Part shown: positions 13,013 through 25,580 of the stretch, one piece after another | Layout: each line of letters starts with the position of its first letter | Position numbering within the stretch: position 1 is the stretch's first letter | Assembly (NCBI GenBank): GCA_965112155.1 | Contig: OZ218106.1 | Source: Podarcis liolepis | Lineage: Eukaryota | Direction: 5' to 3' (one strand) | Length of the DNA stretch: 64,000 bases | Notes under the pieces: generated by a model | Told to the model about the DNA's origin: nothing | What the model saw: only the letters and a program-made list of their open reading frames with translations | Database searches by the model: none | Program-made: the position numbers and the translations under genes

Positions 13013-13484
13013 CCAATTCCTGCAATGCAGTAATCTCAGCTAAAGCATCCATGACAGATGGACACCCAACTTCTGCTTAAAAGCCTCCAACAAAGGAGAG
13101 TCTGTTCCACTGTCGAACAGCTCTTACTGTCAGAAAGGTCTTCCTGATGTTTAGTTGGAATCTCCTTTTTTGTAACTTGAAGCCATTGGTTTGAGTCCTA
13201 CCCTCCAGAGCAGGAGAAAACAAGTTTGTTCCCTCTTCCATGTGACAGCCCTTGAGATATTTGAAGATGGCTATCATATCTCCTCTCAGTCTCCTCTTTT
13301 TCACGCTAAACATACCCAGCTCCTTCAAATGTTCCTCATCAGATTTGGCTTCTAGGCCCTTGATCATCTTGGTTGCCCTCCTCTGCACACATTCTAGCTT
13401 GTCAATATCCTTCTTAGATTGTGTTACCCAGAACTGGATGCAGCATTCCAGGTGCGGTCTGACCAAGGCAGAATAGAGTGGTAC
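13013..13484 (-). mobile_element. CR1 LINE 3' fragment (extreme tail displaced to 11863-11895 by the BovB insertion)
   Basis: ORF 13077-13466 [12 protein letters not shown]...[21 protein letters not shown]...[16 protein letters not shown] is CR1 ORF2 C-terminus. Confidence 0.93.
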
Positions 13485-16244
13485 AGTACAAAGGTAGATG
13501 GACCATTGGTCTGACTCGGTACCGGGCAGCTCGCTATGTTCCTATGAAGAACACACTCACTGCACATCAAGAGTCAGCTATAACTGTCCATGGACATGCC
13601 TTGGTCCTTCTCTTGAGTGATCATGGGTGTGTAGCTTCCTACAACTTGGAGCCCATTTCCATTGTGCTATTGCAATCTCATTTTGGATGTTGGAGCAGAC
13701 TAGAATAATTTTATGGTTTTGACAAATCTTTCACAACTCAAAGCAATCTTAGCATGTGCTACATGACCCAGTTTCCTGATTTTCTTCTGTCTTTCTCTCG
13801 CTCCTTTGCTGTGCTTGTCGTTATGCTAATAACAGCATTTTTACACCCACCCTCTTATACATATTCTGTATTGCTTGCATTAAGGAAGCTTAATAGTATT
13901 AAGTATGATTGATTTATCAATCGGTGCAAGATTTATGGAACCATTGTGAATTAATACAATGGCTAACATCAGCTTTTACATACAGAAGTGCTGTCTACAC
14001 TTAAACCATACATTTATTCTGTCACTACCTCAACTGGGTGAGAGCAAAGTTTAGGGGATTTTAAGCTTTACATTGTAAATAATCCTCATTTAAATATGAA
14101 CATAAAAGAGCCCTAAATTTAAGGAAATAGGCCATTATTTGTTTGTATTGACTTCCCCCTGCCTGTTTAAATGATCAGTGTCAAGATTCTTTAAACAGTA
14201 TTATTGACTCATTTTGATAAATTTCAAAAGTACTCTAATAATATTTCTCCTTTACTGCAGCCACATTAGTTGGATTGTGTTAACATTTCTGAAAATAATG
14301 TCATCAAACTCGCTTAAAGCAGGTGTTAAAGCAGGTTAACCCCTTCCCCCCCTTTTTTGGCCCAAGGAAAAAGAGTTCATCCTTGCCAAAACACTCTAGG
14401 AGTCATGTACCATGATAACACTTTTAAAACCATCATGACTTGCCCCAAAGAATTCTGAGAACTAGTTCCTAGGAAAGACTGGATGAGCAATACTGGATGA
14501 GATGGTAATGGCAAGTTTGTGTGTATATATCTTTCATTGGGGGCTACTGCCACCCCCATCAGTGCTGCCCTTACCTGGGTTGCGCGGTGGTGCCTGCGAA
14601 GCAGTGGCAGCGGCAAGATCTCATGAGATCTTGCAGAACTGTCATGAGAGCTTGTGGAACACATGATACCTCACAAGATTTTGCCAAGATTCCAGCAGGA
14701 TCTCCCTCTGGAAACTGCAGCAGCTGCTGCTGGCACTACTTCTCCACCAGTGGTGGAGGCGGCAGGGAAGGTGGGGCAGCCTCATGGGCTTACGCCTCCT
14801 GAGGTGGGCCAGCCCTGCTTTCAGTCTACACCTCTAGAATTCTGCCTAGCACTGGAACTTGGTAAGAAAGAAACTTGCTGCACTCTGGATATACAGTTGA
14901 ATCCAAGATAACCTGGCACATGCAGAGAAGAAAACTCTAGGTAGAAACTTCCACCAATCCATGGCTGCCTTAGTGCCATACTGAGTAAGCAGCATGGAGA
15001 TTTTAATAACAAAAAGTGCAGAAAGTTCATAAGTCCCTCATTCTTCTCAAGTGGTTGCTTTTATACTTTCTCTATTGCAGTTCATTGGCCTTGAAAGGGA
15101 AGGGAACAGTCATATCCATAGTGAACTATATATTCTTTTATTTAGCATGAGCGGAGGATAGCTTTTATACATAAGTGTACACATTGACAGTATGATGTTT
15201 CAGGGCAAAAATGATGGTTGCAACTCTAAGCATCATCTTGTTTCCTCTAGAGCAGTTCAAAGAAGGTGGATGACACTTAACCAGCAAATGAAATGACTCA
15301 GCTTCACAGACATCCATTTGCACCTGGGCCTGCTGTGTTGTTGCCAAATGAATATTTCATATTCATCACTGCTTTTTTTCCAGACAAAAGAATGATTATT
15401 CACAAAACTTGTGTAGAGAGAGCCGGCATTGTGCAGTGGTTGGACTATTGAATTCAGTGGCATAGTTAGGTGATTTTAGACCCTGGACTTAATGTTCTTA
15501 TTGGATAGCTGGAGGTGGGTGGGCTTTAGACAGCCTTGTATATGACTTCAGTTATGATGCACACAATTAACATTTCTCTTCCCCACACCCTGCTACCATT
15601 ACATGTTTTACAGCTGCAGCTACATTTCTGATATGTTAGAGCAACAACAGTTTGCCTACCTTGATGAAGAAGGAAGACTCTGAGCACATGTAATGTGACA
15701 TATTAAACTCACTTTAATCATAGCGTCATACATTGCACCATCACGAACGCAGGAATAACATGGCATTTGCTTCTGCTGCCATGATGCAGAACACATATAC
15801 CTGGCAATAACCATCATTGTTGTAGAAACGGATAATGTATTTTAAAACACAAATAATAAAATGAACACCTGCAACCATGTACATGCCTAACCAGCCTTCC
15901 CTTATGAATGTTGCTGATAATGGGAAGGGAGGAAGCTGTGGCAGTCGGTGCTGGACCTGGTGGGCTTTGATATGCTCATAACAACTCAGGTGCTGATGCA
16001 GGGCCTGTTTGCCACTGACCTCATCATCTCCCACTCTCTCAGTAGGTTCTCCTGGACTGTGGAATCTTGGACTTCAGTCGTGAAGACCAGCCCTAACTAC
16101 ACCACTGGCTGGATTGGTATTGGAGAGGTACAGTTTCCACCCTTAATTCAGCTATTGACATGGGAAAATAGTAGTGTAGAATCATAACTAATGCCTTCAG
16201 AAAGGGTCAAACATCCAGATATTGGTGGTGTAAGAGAAAGGCTT

Positions 16245-17140
16245 CCATATTGTCTCCCTGCTTATTTAACTTATATGCAGAATTCATCATGCGGAAGGCT
16301 GGGCTGGATGAATCCCAAGCCGGAATTAAGATTGCTGGAAGAAATATCAACAACCTCAGATATGCAGATGACACAACATTGATGGCAGAAAGTGAGGAGG
16401 AATTAAAGAACCTTTTAATGAGGGTGAAAGATGAGATCACAAACTATGGTTTGAAGCTCAACATAAAAAACCCCGAAGATCATGGCCACTGATCCCATCA
16501 CCTCCTGGCAAATAGAAGGGGAAGAAATGGAGGCAGTGAGAGATTTTACTTTCTTGGGCTCCATGATCACTGCAGATGGTGACAGCAGCCATGAAATTAA
16601 AAGACGCCTGCTTCTTGGGAGAAAAGCAATGACAAACCTCGACAGCATCTTAAAAAGCAGAGACATCACCTTGCCAACAAAGGTCCGTATAGTTAAAGCT
16701 ATGGTTTTCCCAGTAGTGATGTATGGAAGTGAGAGCTGGACCATAAAGAAGGCTGATCGCCGAAGAATTGATGCTTTTGAATTATGGTGTTGGAGGAGAC
16801 TCTTGAGAGTCCCATAGACTGCAAGAAGATCAAACGTATCCATTCTGAAGGAAATCAGCCCTGAGTGCTCACTGGAAGGACAGATCCTGAAGCTGAGACT
16901 CCAATACTTTGGCTACCTCAAGAGAAAAGAAGATTCCCTGGAAAAGACCCTGATGTTGGGAAAGATGGAGGGCACAAGGAGAAGGGGACGCCAGAGGAAG
17001 AGATGGTTGGACAGTGTTCTCGAAGCTACCAGCATGAGTTTGACCAAACTGCGGGAGGCAGTGGAAGACAGGAGTGCCTGGTGTGCTGTGGTCCATGGGG
17101 TCACAAAGAGTCGGACACAATTAAACGACTAAACAACAAC
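16245..17140 (+). mobile_element. BovB LINE, 5'-truncated, frameshifted
   Basis: SPCLFNLYAEFIMRKAG...YADD; frameshift near 16470, premature TAG near 16815; (CAA)n tail at ~17131-17140. Confidence 0.96.
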
Positions 17141-19550
17141 ACTCATATCTATTTGGTGGATTTGGACATTTGCTTACAATACTCAGTGCATTTACTTAAG
17201 AGCAAACTCTATAGAAATTAACAATACTCTAAGGAAAATGCTTTTAGTACTGGGTTGCTCATAAACTAACTCTACACAAGTGCAAATGAATTCTCAAGGC
17301 ATTGTTGTTCACAGTCCAGTATCTTCCACTAGAAGTTTCCCAAGGTTTATTATACTCTTAGAAAATGTTTACTGCCTTTTAAATTTAAAATTATCGTACC
17401 AATTATCCAAGCTTTGTAATGCTGTGCTGAATGGAAACTCTGAACTGAGACCTGTTTAGAGTACATATATAATTAAAATGAATTAAAATGTGATTAGATG
17501 GGATATTAAGTCTTGATAGTAGGTTTATAATTTTCTGAGAAGGGCAATAAAGACAATTGGATCACAGAGATGTTCACACAACTTGAAGCTTAGTGTACTC
17601 TGATATTTATTAGCCAAAGAATATGGGTTTTACTACATGATATAAATGTAAAGCATATAAACAAAGCATGTGGCCTTGTATAAACATATAACTAGTTCAT
17701 ATAAATGTATGCATTCATTGTGTCTGAGATCCTATTATGCTAGTGTAGCCTAATTGAAAATACTAAGATTACTCCCGAGTAATGGATTTTAGGATTACAA
17801 TATGGCAATCAAGTTAAACATGGAATACTTTGATGTAAGTAGATGAAATCAAGTGGGCAATGGGACTTAGACCACATCTTCAAGATACCTTTAAAGCACT
17901 ATGATACCACTTTAAGAAGTGATTTGCCCCAAAGAATCCTAGAAACTATAGTTTGTACAGGGTGATAAGAGTTGTTAGGAGACTTTTGCAGGGCTACAGT
18001 TCCCAGAACAGTTTAACAATCAATCCTTCTTCCCAGGAAAGCCATCAGTTTTGCATACCACCAAAAGCCACCATTGCAGATTGCTGTTTCTGGCCATTTC
18101 CATTCATGGTGAATGGAATCACAGGGATGATTCACCAATTCCAGGCAGCCGTCACAGGCGAAAGAACAAAATTGGTGTATCCGATGTATGAATTTGCTCC
18201 CTGATAATGAGGCCTCGATACTAGAAGCTTCTGCAAGTACAACTTTTGTAGACATGAAAGCAGAATAACCTTAGTTTTCCTTAAGTTACACTTGGGCTAT
18301 CAACCACAATCTGTGAAAGAGGTAATGTAGGGAAAAATGTAATAACAGTGTATGAGCTCTCTTCTCGGTTTCACTGCCTAACCATGCACCAGTGGTATCA
18401 GAGACTAGTTTATCACACAGTGTATGTTAAATGATGTTCCAGTTGATGCAACCCCCTCATGCTGTGAATACATTAAAATGAAAGCAAGAGCTACGCTTAG
18501 GGAAGGGTGAAGAACAGCATTTCCCCTCCCCAATAAACCCCCCCTCCAAGGTTTCCGTCAGAATGTAGTGAAATTGATTCAGATGCATTTTTTGCTTTCA
18601 CATCAGAAAATATTGAAATATGCTCCCCGGACAAATAGCTGCCACTTTTAAAGTCTACTGTGGCTTTTCAAGTTTGATGTGGAATCCATCAGCCTGAAAA
18701 TGGGAGTGAGTAGCCATTTGTGGGGAAGGAGGAGGGAAGGAGGAAGGAGGCAGCAGCGGAAGAATCATAAGAAAAAACAGAACCTCAATGATACCATGCA
18801 TGACTAACAGAGCTTTCTCATTCATGAAGAAACTGGAATTTAAATTTCAGATCAGGAGTGATCTTTACTCCAAACCTTTTTGTAAGGAAGAGAGAGAAAG
18901 TCAACTCTGCATTTCCATGGAGATAGTTTGTGAAGCATAACGCAAACTATTGTTATGTTCGTTTCACTTCTCCAAGTGGTGAGAAGTTCAGTGTTGATCC
19001 AGATTTGGTTTCCTTTGGAATGAGATCACTGGGCACTTTTGTAATTTTTGTGGGTATTTACAACTATGTATAGGTTGATCACTGCTGGAGGCCCAAATTT
19101 CAGCTCTGTCTTTCTCTGCTTGCCTCTAGCTCAGAAGTACAGCTTGTCTTTTGCAGGGCTGCGATATTTCAAAAAGTGAAAACCCAAAGTTGTTGAGGGG
19201 AAAAAAAATGAAGGTTTTAACCTATCTTTTAGGAACAGCGCCAAAATATTGACACTTCCAATATGGGTTGACACTTGGGTTTCCATGGACATTTTAGCCT
19301 CTTTTCGAATATTCCGCCCGGACACCATTTTCAGCGAATGAATCCCGGCTATGTCTCAGACATAAGGCAGCCCTATCTTTCATTTCCTTCACCTACATTA
19401 GTTGATTCTAGGCTGGGAGGTGGCCATGTCTACCCCCAGCTCTGATTGGGCTTTCCTATTCAGAATATCACCAAAATAGTCCTGTAACAAAAAGCTGTTG
19501 TCTGGCAATGTAATTCCCATGGCAATATATCAGCTGTAGTTTACCTAATA

Positions 19551-19850
19551 GAAGAAGAAGAAGAAGAAGAAGAAGAAGAAGAAGAAGAAGAAGAAGAAGA
19601 AGAAGAAGAGTTGTTTGGATTTGCTATCCCGCTTTATCACTCCCCTTCAGGAGTCTCAAAGTGGCTAACATTCTCCTTTCCCTTCCGTCCCCACAACAAA
19701 CACTCTGTGAGGTGAGTGAGGCTGAGAGACTTCAGAGAAGTGTGACTGGCCCAAGGTCACCCAGCAGCTGCATGTGGAGGAGCGGAGACGCGAACCCGGT
19801 TCCCCAGATTACGAGACTACCGCTCTTAACCACTACACCACACTGGCTCC
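19551..19850 (-). mobile_element. Young Squam3-like SINE subfamily with (TTC)n tail
   Basis: Reverse of GAGCCAGTGTGGTGTAGTGGTTAAGAGCGGTAGTCTCGTAATCTGGGGAACCGGGTTCGC; (GAA)n run 19551-19609; homolog at 51860. Confidence 0.85.
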
Positions 19851-19964
19851 TAATAATAGGATTCATCTGGCCAGAAGGTTTGAGAAACTTCAAGAGGTTC
19901 TTCTGGCCCATTAACTCTCTCCTGTTTGCCCCCTCCCCCCATTTATAACAGTATGTTTAGAGGC

Positions 19965-20365
19965 TGGGGGGGGGGGAATCAATTCAGTTCATGATTTCAA
20001 TGTGAAGCTGCTCAACTTGCACTTCCTCAAACAACATACAACCTGAAACACAGCTATCCTTTGAAATTCACATTTGTCTGAATTTTGCAATGCAGTTATC
20101 CAAACAAATAATGTCTACCAATACATTCATATCAGGGAACAGCATGCATATAAATGCACATATTCATGACAATAACATATGCGTATGCATTTTATGAGAG
20201 AAAAATAGCTAATAAAAAGTGTGCATTAATGACTCACACAAAAATGCTAAATAATTTTGTGATGAGTTGTTTGGAAAATGATGGAGAGATCTGGATAATT
20301 GAAATTAAGATGGGGAATGTGAGAAACTGAGAAAAACTGAAGTTGACAGATTTGTCCATCTCTGT
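19965..20365 (+). repeat. Old AT-rich interspersed repeat (probable non-autonomous DNA transposon)
   Basis: Shared blocks (AATTTGCACTTCTC...GAATTTTGCAATGCAGTT...AATGCATATATTAGTG...GAGAAACTGA) recur at ~11020-11230, ~26355-26770, ~28740-28925 and ~46570-46760. Confidence 0.55.
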
Positions 20366-21174
20366 TTACAGTGGGTGTAATTTTCTGGTATAAAGCCTTT
20401 TAGTTAACACCAAAATATACATTAGTCCTTTAAAAGAATGCCGCAACTTCTGAAAGCAGTGTTCATTTCCTGCCTGTTAGCTCATCTACCTTTTCATGTA
20501 TCAGCAAAGGATGGGCATTTCAAAATGTGATTGTTAAATGTTGCCGTGCACAGAATCATCCCAGCTTTCTTATTTTTGTGTGCGTCATCCTCTTTAGCTG
20601 CTGTCGTTATGGACATGACTTATCTAAATTTAGGGAGAGTCATGAGTGGATTTCATTTAGGATCCTCTTACGTAGCCCCGTCCATAATCTTGCCTACAAG
20701 GGCATGAATAGATTCTTAAAAAAGGCTTTCACACCTCTTTAACCTTTCCCCAGAATGTCTTTTGCTGTGCTATGCAGTTGATAGCTATGCTTTTGAAGAC
20801 ACACCTCGAGGTGGCAAGGCATATTCTCTATTGTGGATAAATGTCTCAAACACACAAACAGCTTTGTGGATAGTTTCTTTTTTTCTGGATCAGGGGAAAC
20901 TGCTGCTTGATGAGCAACAACACATTGGGCTGGTGGCTTAAACAAGGAACCGAGGAGGAAACTCTCTGAACACAGTGGAGAGTGTGTGTGTGTTTTAAAT
21001 GAGCATTTGTTAGACTAGAATGATGCACTGTGTCTAGCTGGCATTTGCTGTGACAGCTAGCTAGTGTTTAAATAGTGAATGTGGTGAACACTACTGTTAC
21101 CATATCCATGCATAATAATTGCCTAGTCTTTGCTTAGCCAGTTATTAATCAGGCTTGGCCCATGATTTTGTTTT

Positions 21175-21389
21175 ATTTTAATTACATTTCTATCCCAGCT
21201 TTTCTCCGAAGAGCTCAAAGTGACACACAACTTTCTCCCCTTCTTTGTTGATCCTCATAACAATGCTACGAGGTAGGTTAGACTGAGAGGTCCAGAGTAA
21301 CCCAGTGGGCTTCATGACTGAGTGGGGATTTGAATCCTTGTCTCCCAGGTCCTAGTCCAGCAATCTTAAGCAGTGCCCCACACTGGCTC
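21175..21389 (-). mobile_element. Squam3-like tRNA-derived SINE
   Basis: GGGGATTTGAATCC (reverse box B), GGTCCTAGTCC and CACACTGGCTC ends, as in the 4006-4270 copy. Confidence 0.78.
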
Positions 21390-22366
21390 TCCAAAATAAA
21401 ATAAGCAGAGAATGGTTTCAGTCCATTGACTTCTGGGCTATGGGCCCAATACACTTTCACTGGCACCACTCTGCTTGTTGTACAGTCTCAGAGGCAGAGT
21501 TCAGACCTTGCATAGATCCCTTGGGAGAAAAATCTATGAGACCTTGATTTTCTTCAATGAGATTAAAAGGAAACATAGAGAGCAAGTCAGTGATGGTGTC
21601 TATAGATAAAGGAGTGTGTCCAGATACAGGAGATGCACACAATGGAGACTGGTCTATTAGAGCAAATGGGGAACTGCCTATCAGTCAACCTCATTCCGCT
21701 TCCAGCCAGATCCCACTTACCTGTCTTCTGATTTACAACCAGTCCAGGGAATGGCAGTGGCTATCAGCTTCCACCTTAGGCGGCTTTGCTTGTCTATGGC
21801 TCTAACTCTGCTGCTGTTGGCCCTTCACCCTACCAGTCCCAGTATACACCAGCCACCATTGTGTCCATCTATAAGAACCTAACAGGACAACAGTTGCATA
21901 ATCCATTTAGGATGGAAAATCAAGAACAGATTTTTTTTCCTGCTTATTGCAAATATAACAGATTACTTGGTCATCAGTCTGGACAATGTGCAGAAGTTGC
22001 AGAAGCTCTTTATTTTCAAAGCACATGAGGGAAGAATAACTTTCATTTAAATCGGCAGAGGGGAATTTTAGGTAAAAAGGACCTAATTACCTGTTTGGAT
22101 TCAATCCAGGACACCAAGGTTAAGTTAACATTGCTTCTCTTGGAAGAATGCCAAAGATATACTAATGGCCACAAGTGCTGGAGGATCTGATTTCCTGTTC
22201 TAGCTGAAAAGAAGCAGTGCAGGGTCCCTGAACATCATGTTGGGGGCACTACCTGTGTACTAACTTGGAAAGGAAAAAAATCAGTGGGATTATTCCAAGG
22301 AATCAACATGACTCCATGGAGGAACTTGGAAGAATTTGAAGATCACCTACACAGGTCAGAACACAT

Positions 22367-22655
22367 TCATAGAACCATAGAACTGTAGAGGTGAATACAT
22401 CTGAGGGTTATCTAGTCCAACTCCCTGCAATGCAAGAATCTCAACTAGATCACACATGACAAATGGCCATCCAACCCCCACTTTAAAACCTCCAAGGAAG
22501 GAGAGTCCAACAACTCTTGTGGGAGTCTGCCTCACTGCCAAACAGCTCTTACTGTCAGAAAGTTCTTCCTGATGTTTCCTTGTAACTTGATTCTATTGGT
22601 TTGTGTCCTAGCCTCTGTAGCAGGAGAAAACAAGCTCGCTCCATCCTTCATGATT
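22367..22655 (-). mobile_element. CR1 LINE 3' fragment
   Basis: CATAGAACCATAGAACTGTAGAG tail and AACAGCTCTTACTGTCAGAAAGTTCTTCCTGATGTTT body, homologous to 13013-13260. Confidence 0.82.
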
Positions 22656-22751
22656 CCAACTCTCAACAGCTCTAATCAACTTGACCAGTAGTCAAGAATG
22701 AAGGGAATTGTAATACAACAAGATCTGGAGAGACACAGGTTTCCAATCCCT

Positions 22752-23133
22752 GTACTCTTGAACTGCTAGGTTGGCAAAAGCTGGGACAGAGCAACGGGAG
22801 CTCACCCCATCGCGTGGATTTGAACTGCCAACCTTCCGATCAGCAAGCCCAAGAGGCTCAGTGGTTTAGACCACAGCACCATCTGTATCACAGTGTAAGT
22901 AGATAAATAGGTACCGCTGCGGCAGGAAGGTAAATGATGTTTCCATGCGCTCTGGCACTTGTCATGGTCCTCCGTGTGCCAAAAGTGGTTTAGTCATGCT
23001 GGCCACATGTCCCTGAAAGCTGTCTGTGGACAAACGCCAGCTCCCTCAGCCTGAAGCAAGATGAGTGTCGCACCCATAGTCACCTTTGACTGGACTTAAC
23101 TGTCCTGGGGTCCTTTACCTTACCTTTACCTTT
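22752..23133 (+). mobile_element. Sauria SINE with inverted 5' third
   Basis: 22752-22890 is the reverse complement of the Sauria head; 22892-23133 is the forward 3' part ending in the (ACCTTT)n tail; compare with the intact copy 30907-31260. Confidence 0.85.
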
Positions 23134-23422
23134 TGCTATGGAGTAGAAGTGAGGGATCATTGACCCACTGGACTACAACTCCTCCATCCTAGTTACTAGA
23201 ATTCTCAGAGTGGTTTAACAATCAATCCCTCTTCACAGAGAACTTTGGGAACTGTAGGTCTAGGAGTGGAATAATGTCAGGGACTGGGCAAAGGAGGAAC
23301 GGTGAAGACTGCCTCCCCAGCCTGACCTATCCAGAGAAGAAGAGGACAGTTCAGAATTACAGCAGGGGTTTGAGGGAGGTTACAGCTCAGAAGCAGATGA
23401 GGGGAAAACCTGGGAAATAATG

Positions 23423-23472
23423 GGAGGAGAGGAGGAGGAGGAGGAGGAGGAGGAGGAGGAGGAGGAGGAGGA
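23423..23472. repeat. (GGA)n microsatellite
   Basis: Direct observation; it generates the spurious poly-P and poly-S ORFs in the track. Confidence 0.95.
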
Positions 23473-25364
23473 ACCACCACCAGAAGGGCAACAACTGACG
23501 GACACAGTGTCTTTAGAAAGCCGCAGCCTGCATGGCCAATGATCAGAGAAAATGAGACAATATCTGGAGGATTCCACATCCCTTCTGCAGCTATCCCTGT
23601 TCAGCCATGAATTGTGTAGCTGTGGATAAATGAGTCCCTCAATGATATTTAACAAACTGTAAAATGGGGGAAATAACGAGCACCTCCCTCACAGACCTAC
23701 AGGGCATGCCCTTTTCATAGTTAGGTTTTCATCTAATATGTTAAACGTTATTAAAGATTAGCTAGATCTTATGCAATGCTTTTGAGAAGAGCTGCTTTTT
23801 TATGAACACCCCATTAACAGTTCACAATAAGTGCTCATTTGCACTGGAATTCTACAATCTTCCATTTAATGTCAATACATATTTCTCTGTAGGAGCCACC
23901 AGCTAGTTCTCCTTTCATTCTCTTTTTTCCATTTGGTTTTTCAATGCTGCCATTATGTTAAGATCAGAATTTGTGCTGGCAAAAAGGAAGCTGCATACAA
24001 TGCATATGTGATGTGAACAGCACAAATATAATTCTATGGTGTAAACAGAACCCACAGTCTCCATCTTTTCTGCTGGGCAATGTTCTTGGAACTCCTCATT
24101 GTGTTGCCTTTGTGCACACCCCCTCCCCTTCCTCAAGCTATTTTTATTTCTACCTATAACAACAGTGATGGAGCACATCCACTCTGTTCCTCGTAGCACA
24201 GCATATCAGCATGCGTTGTCAGAGGGAAAGAAAACAATGCTTACATCATCCTCACCTAGCTTGCTGTACTGTAACTCCCCATACAACAACTGATTGAATT
24301 TAAATTGACTCTGTTGGGGCTTTATTGCTCTTGCAAATTCGGGTCTAAATGCTACTAAAGCCAATAGGAAAACTTCTAGTGACCATAACAGACTGTAGAT
24401 TGGATCTTGGCCACTTCTACCTTGTGCTTATATTCATGCTTGTTATATTTCCTATTAACATTTGCCCTTCGGGGGATTTTGTTTTATTTTTTTTAGTACT
24501 GTGCTTCAGATTGAAAGAAAGTTGGGAAATAGCAAGCTTCAACCTATAGGTTGTATCCAACAATGCTGAATGTATTGGAGGACCCTCTGAAGTAGGTTTA
24601 GCGGGGCAAAGGTAAGCACTTCTATATGCAGACATATGGAATAATCCATAGCTGATCTAAGTCCCCAGAACTCTTGAACTACAAGACATCTTAGATGAGC
24701 TCTGTGAAGAAACCCCCAGGAAAATTAAAACAAACTCCAAAATCAGAGTAGCCCCACTGAAATTAGCAAACATAACTAAGTTAGGTCCATTTATTTCAGT
24801 AGGTGTACTTCTAGTAAAACTTAGTTGGATATAGCTGAGTATTCTTCCTCCTGTTTCCTTTTTGTTTGATTATCTTGAATACTTCAAGATATGCATGTTC
24901 GGGTACTTTACAATTTCATTTCTATTTATCTAACCACAACAACAAACAACTTTTTTTAAAAAGAGCCCATTGGACTTAACTTTGGCTGGATCATGCTTTA
25001 TGTAGTTCTTTGTTATGCCACCAATTATGACTCTCTCTAACAGGGAACACCATGCCCTGTGTCAACAAAAATGGAGCCAATGGGTTAAGGCGAGGGAGGT
25101 ATCAGCATGCTCTGATGAACTCCCAAGGTCTGAAGAAGTATAACAAGCTCCTTTAAACCTCCCTACAAAACAGTCGAATAAGAACTGAACATGCTCAGTG
25201 GCTACCATGAGTCGGAGCATATTGAGTGTCAGGAAATGGAAAAGAATAATGGAAAACAGAAGAAGATGGGAGGAAATTGAATTGTCCTGCTTGAGCTTGC
25301 TACTGCTTATACTGTAGTATCCTGGGGGAGGATATGCCTGGCTGGCTGGAAAGCAGAATTCAAG

Positions 25365-25580
25365 AAAGAAGAATTAGACTAAACATTAGGAGGAACTTCT
25401 GAATGGTACATACTGTCCCACAGTGGAAAAGACTGCCTTAGAAATGGAATTTCCGTCATTGAGGTTTTTCAGCAGAGCCTGAATGATCATCTATCAGAGA
25501 TGCTTCAGTGATGGATGTGCTGCATCAGCAGAGGTTTGGATAAGATGACCTTTGTGGTATCCTCCAGCTCAATGATTCTA
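25365..25580 (+). mobile_element. Old CR1 3' fragment
   Basis: AGACTAAACATTAGGAGGAACTT...GAGGTTTTTCAGCAGAG...AGATGACCTTTGTGG...TGATTCTAT. Confidence 0.7.

Noticed and set aside
9470-21880. Isolated strong minus-strand donors (CAG|GTGAGT at ~9477, CAG|GTAAGT at ~21720) as host gene exons
   Set aside because: No recognisable coding sequence upstream; such hexamers are expected by chance in 64 kb.
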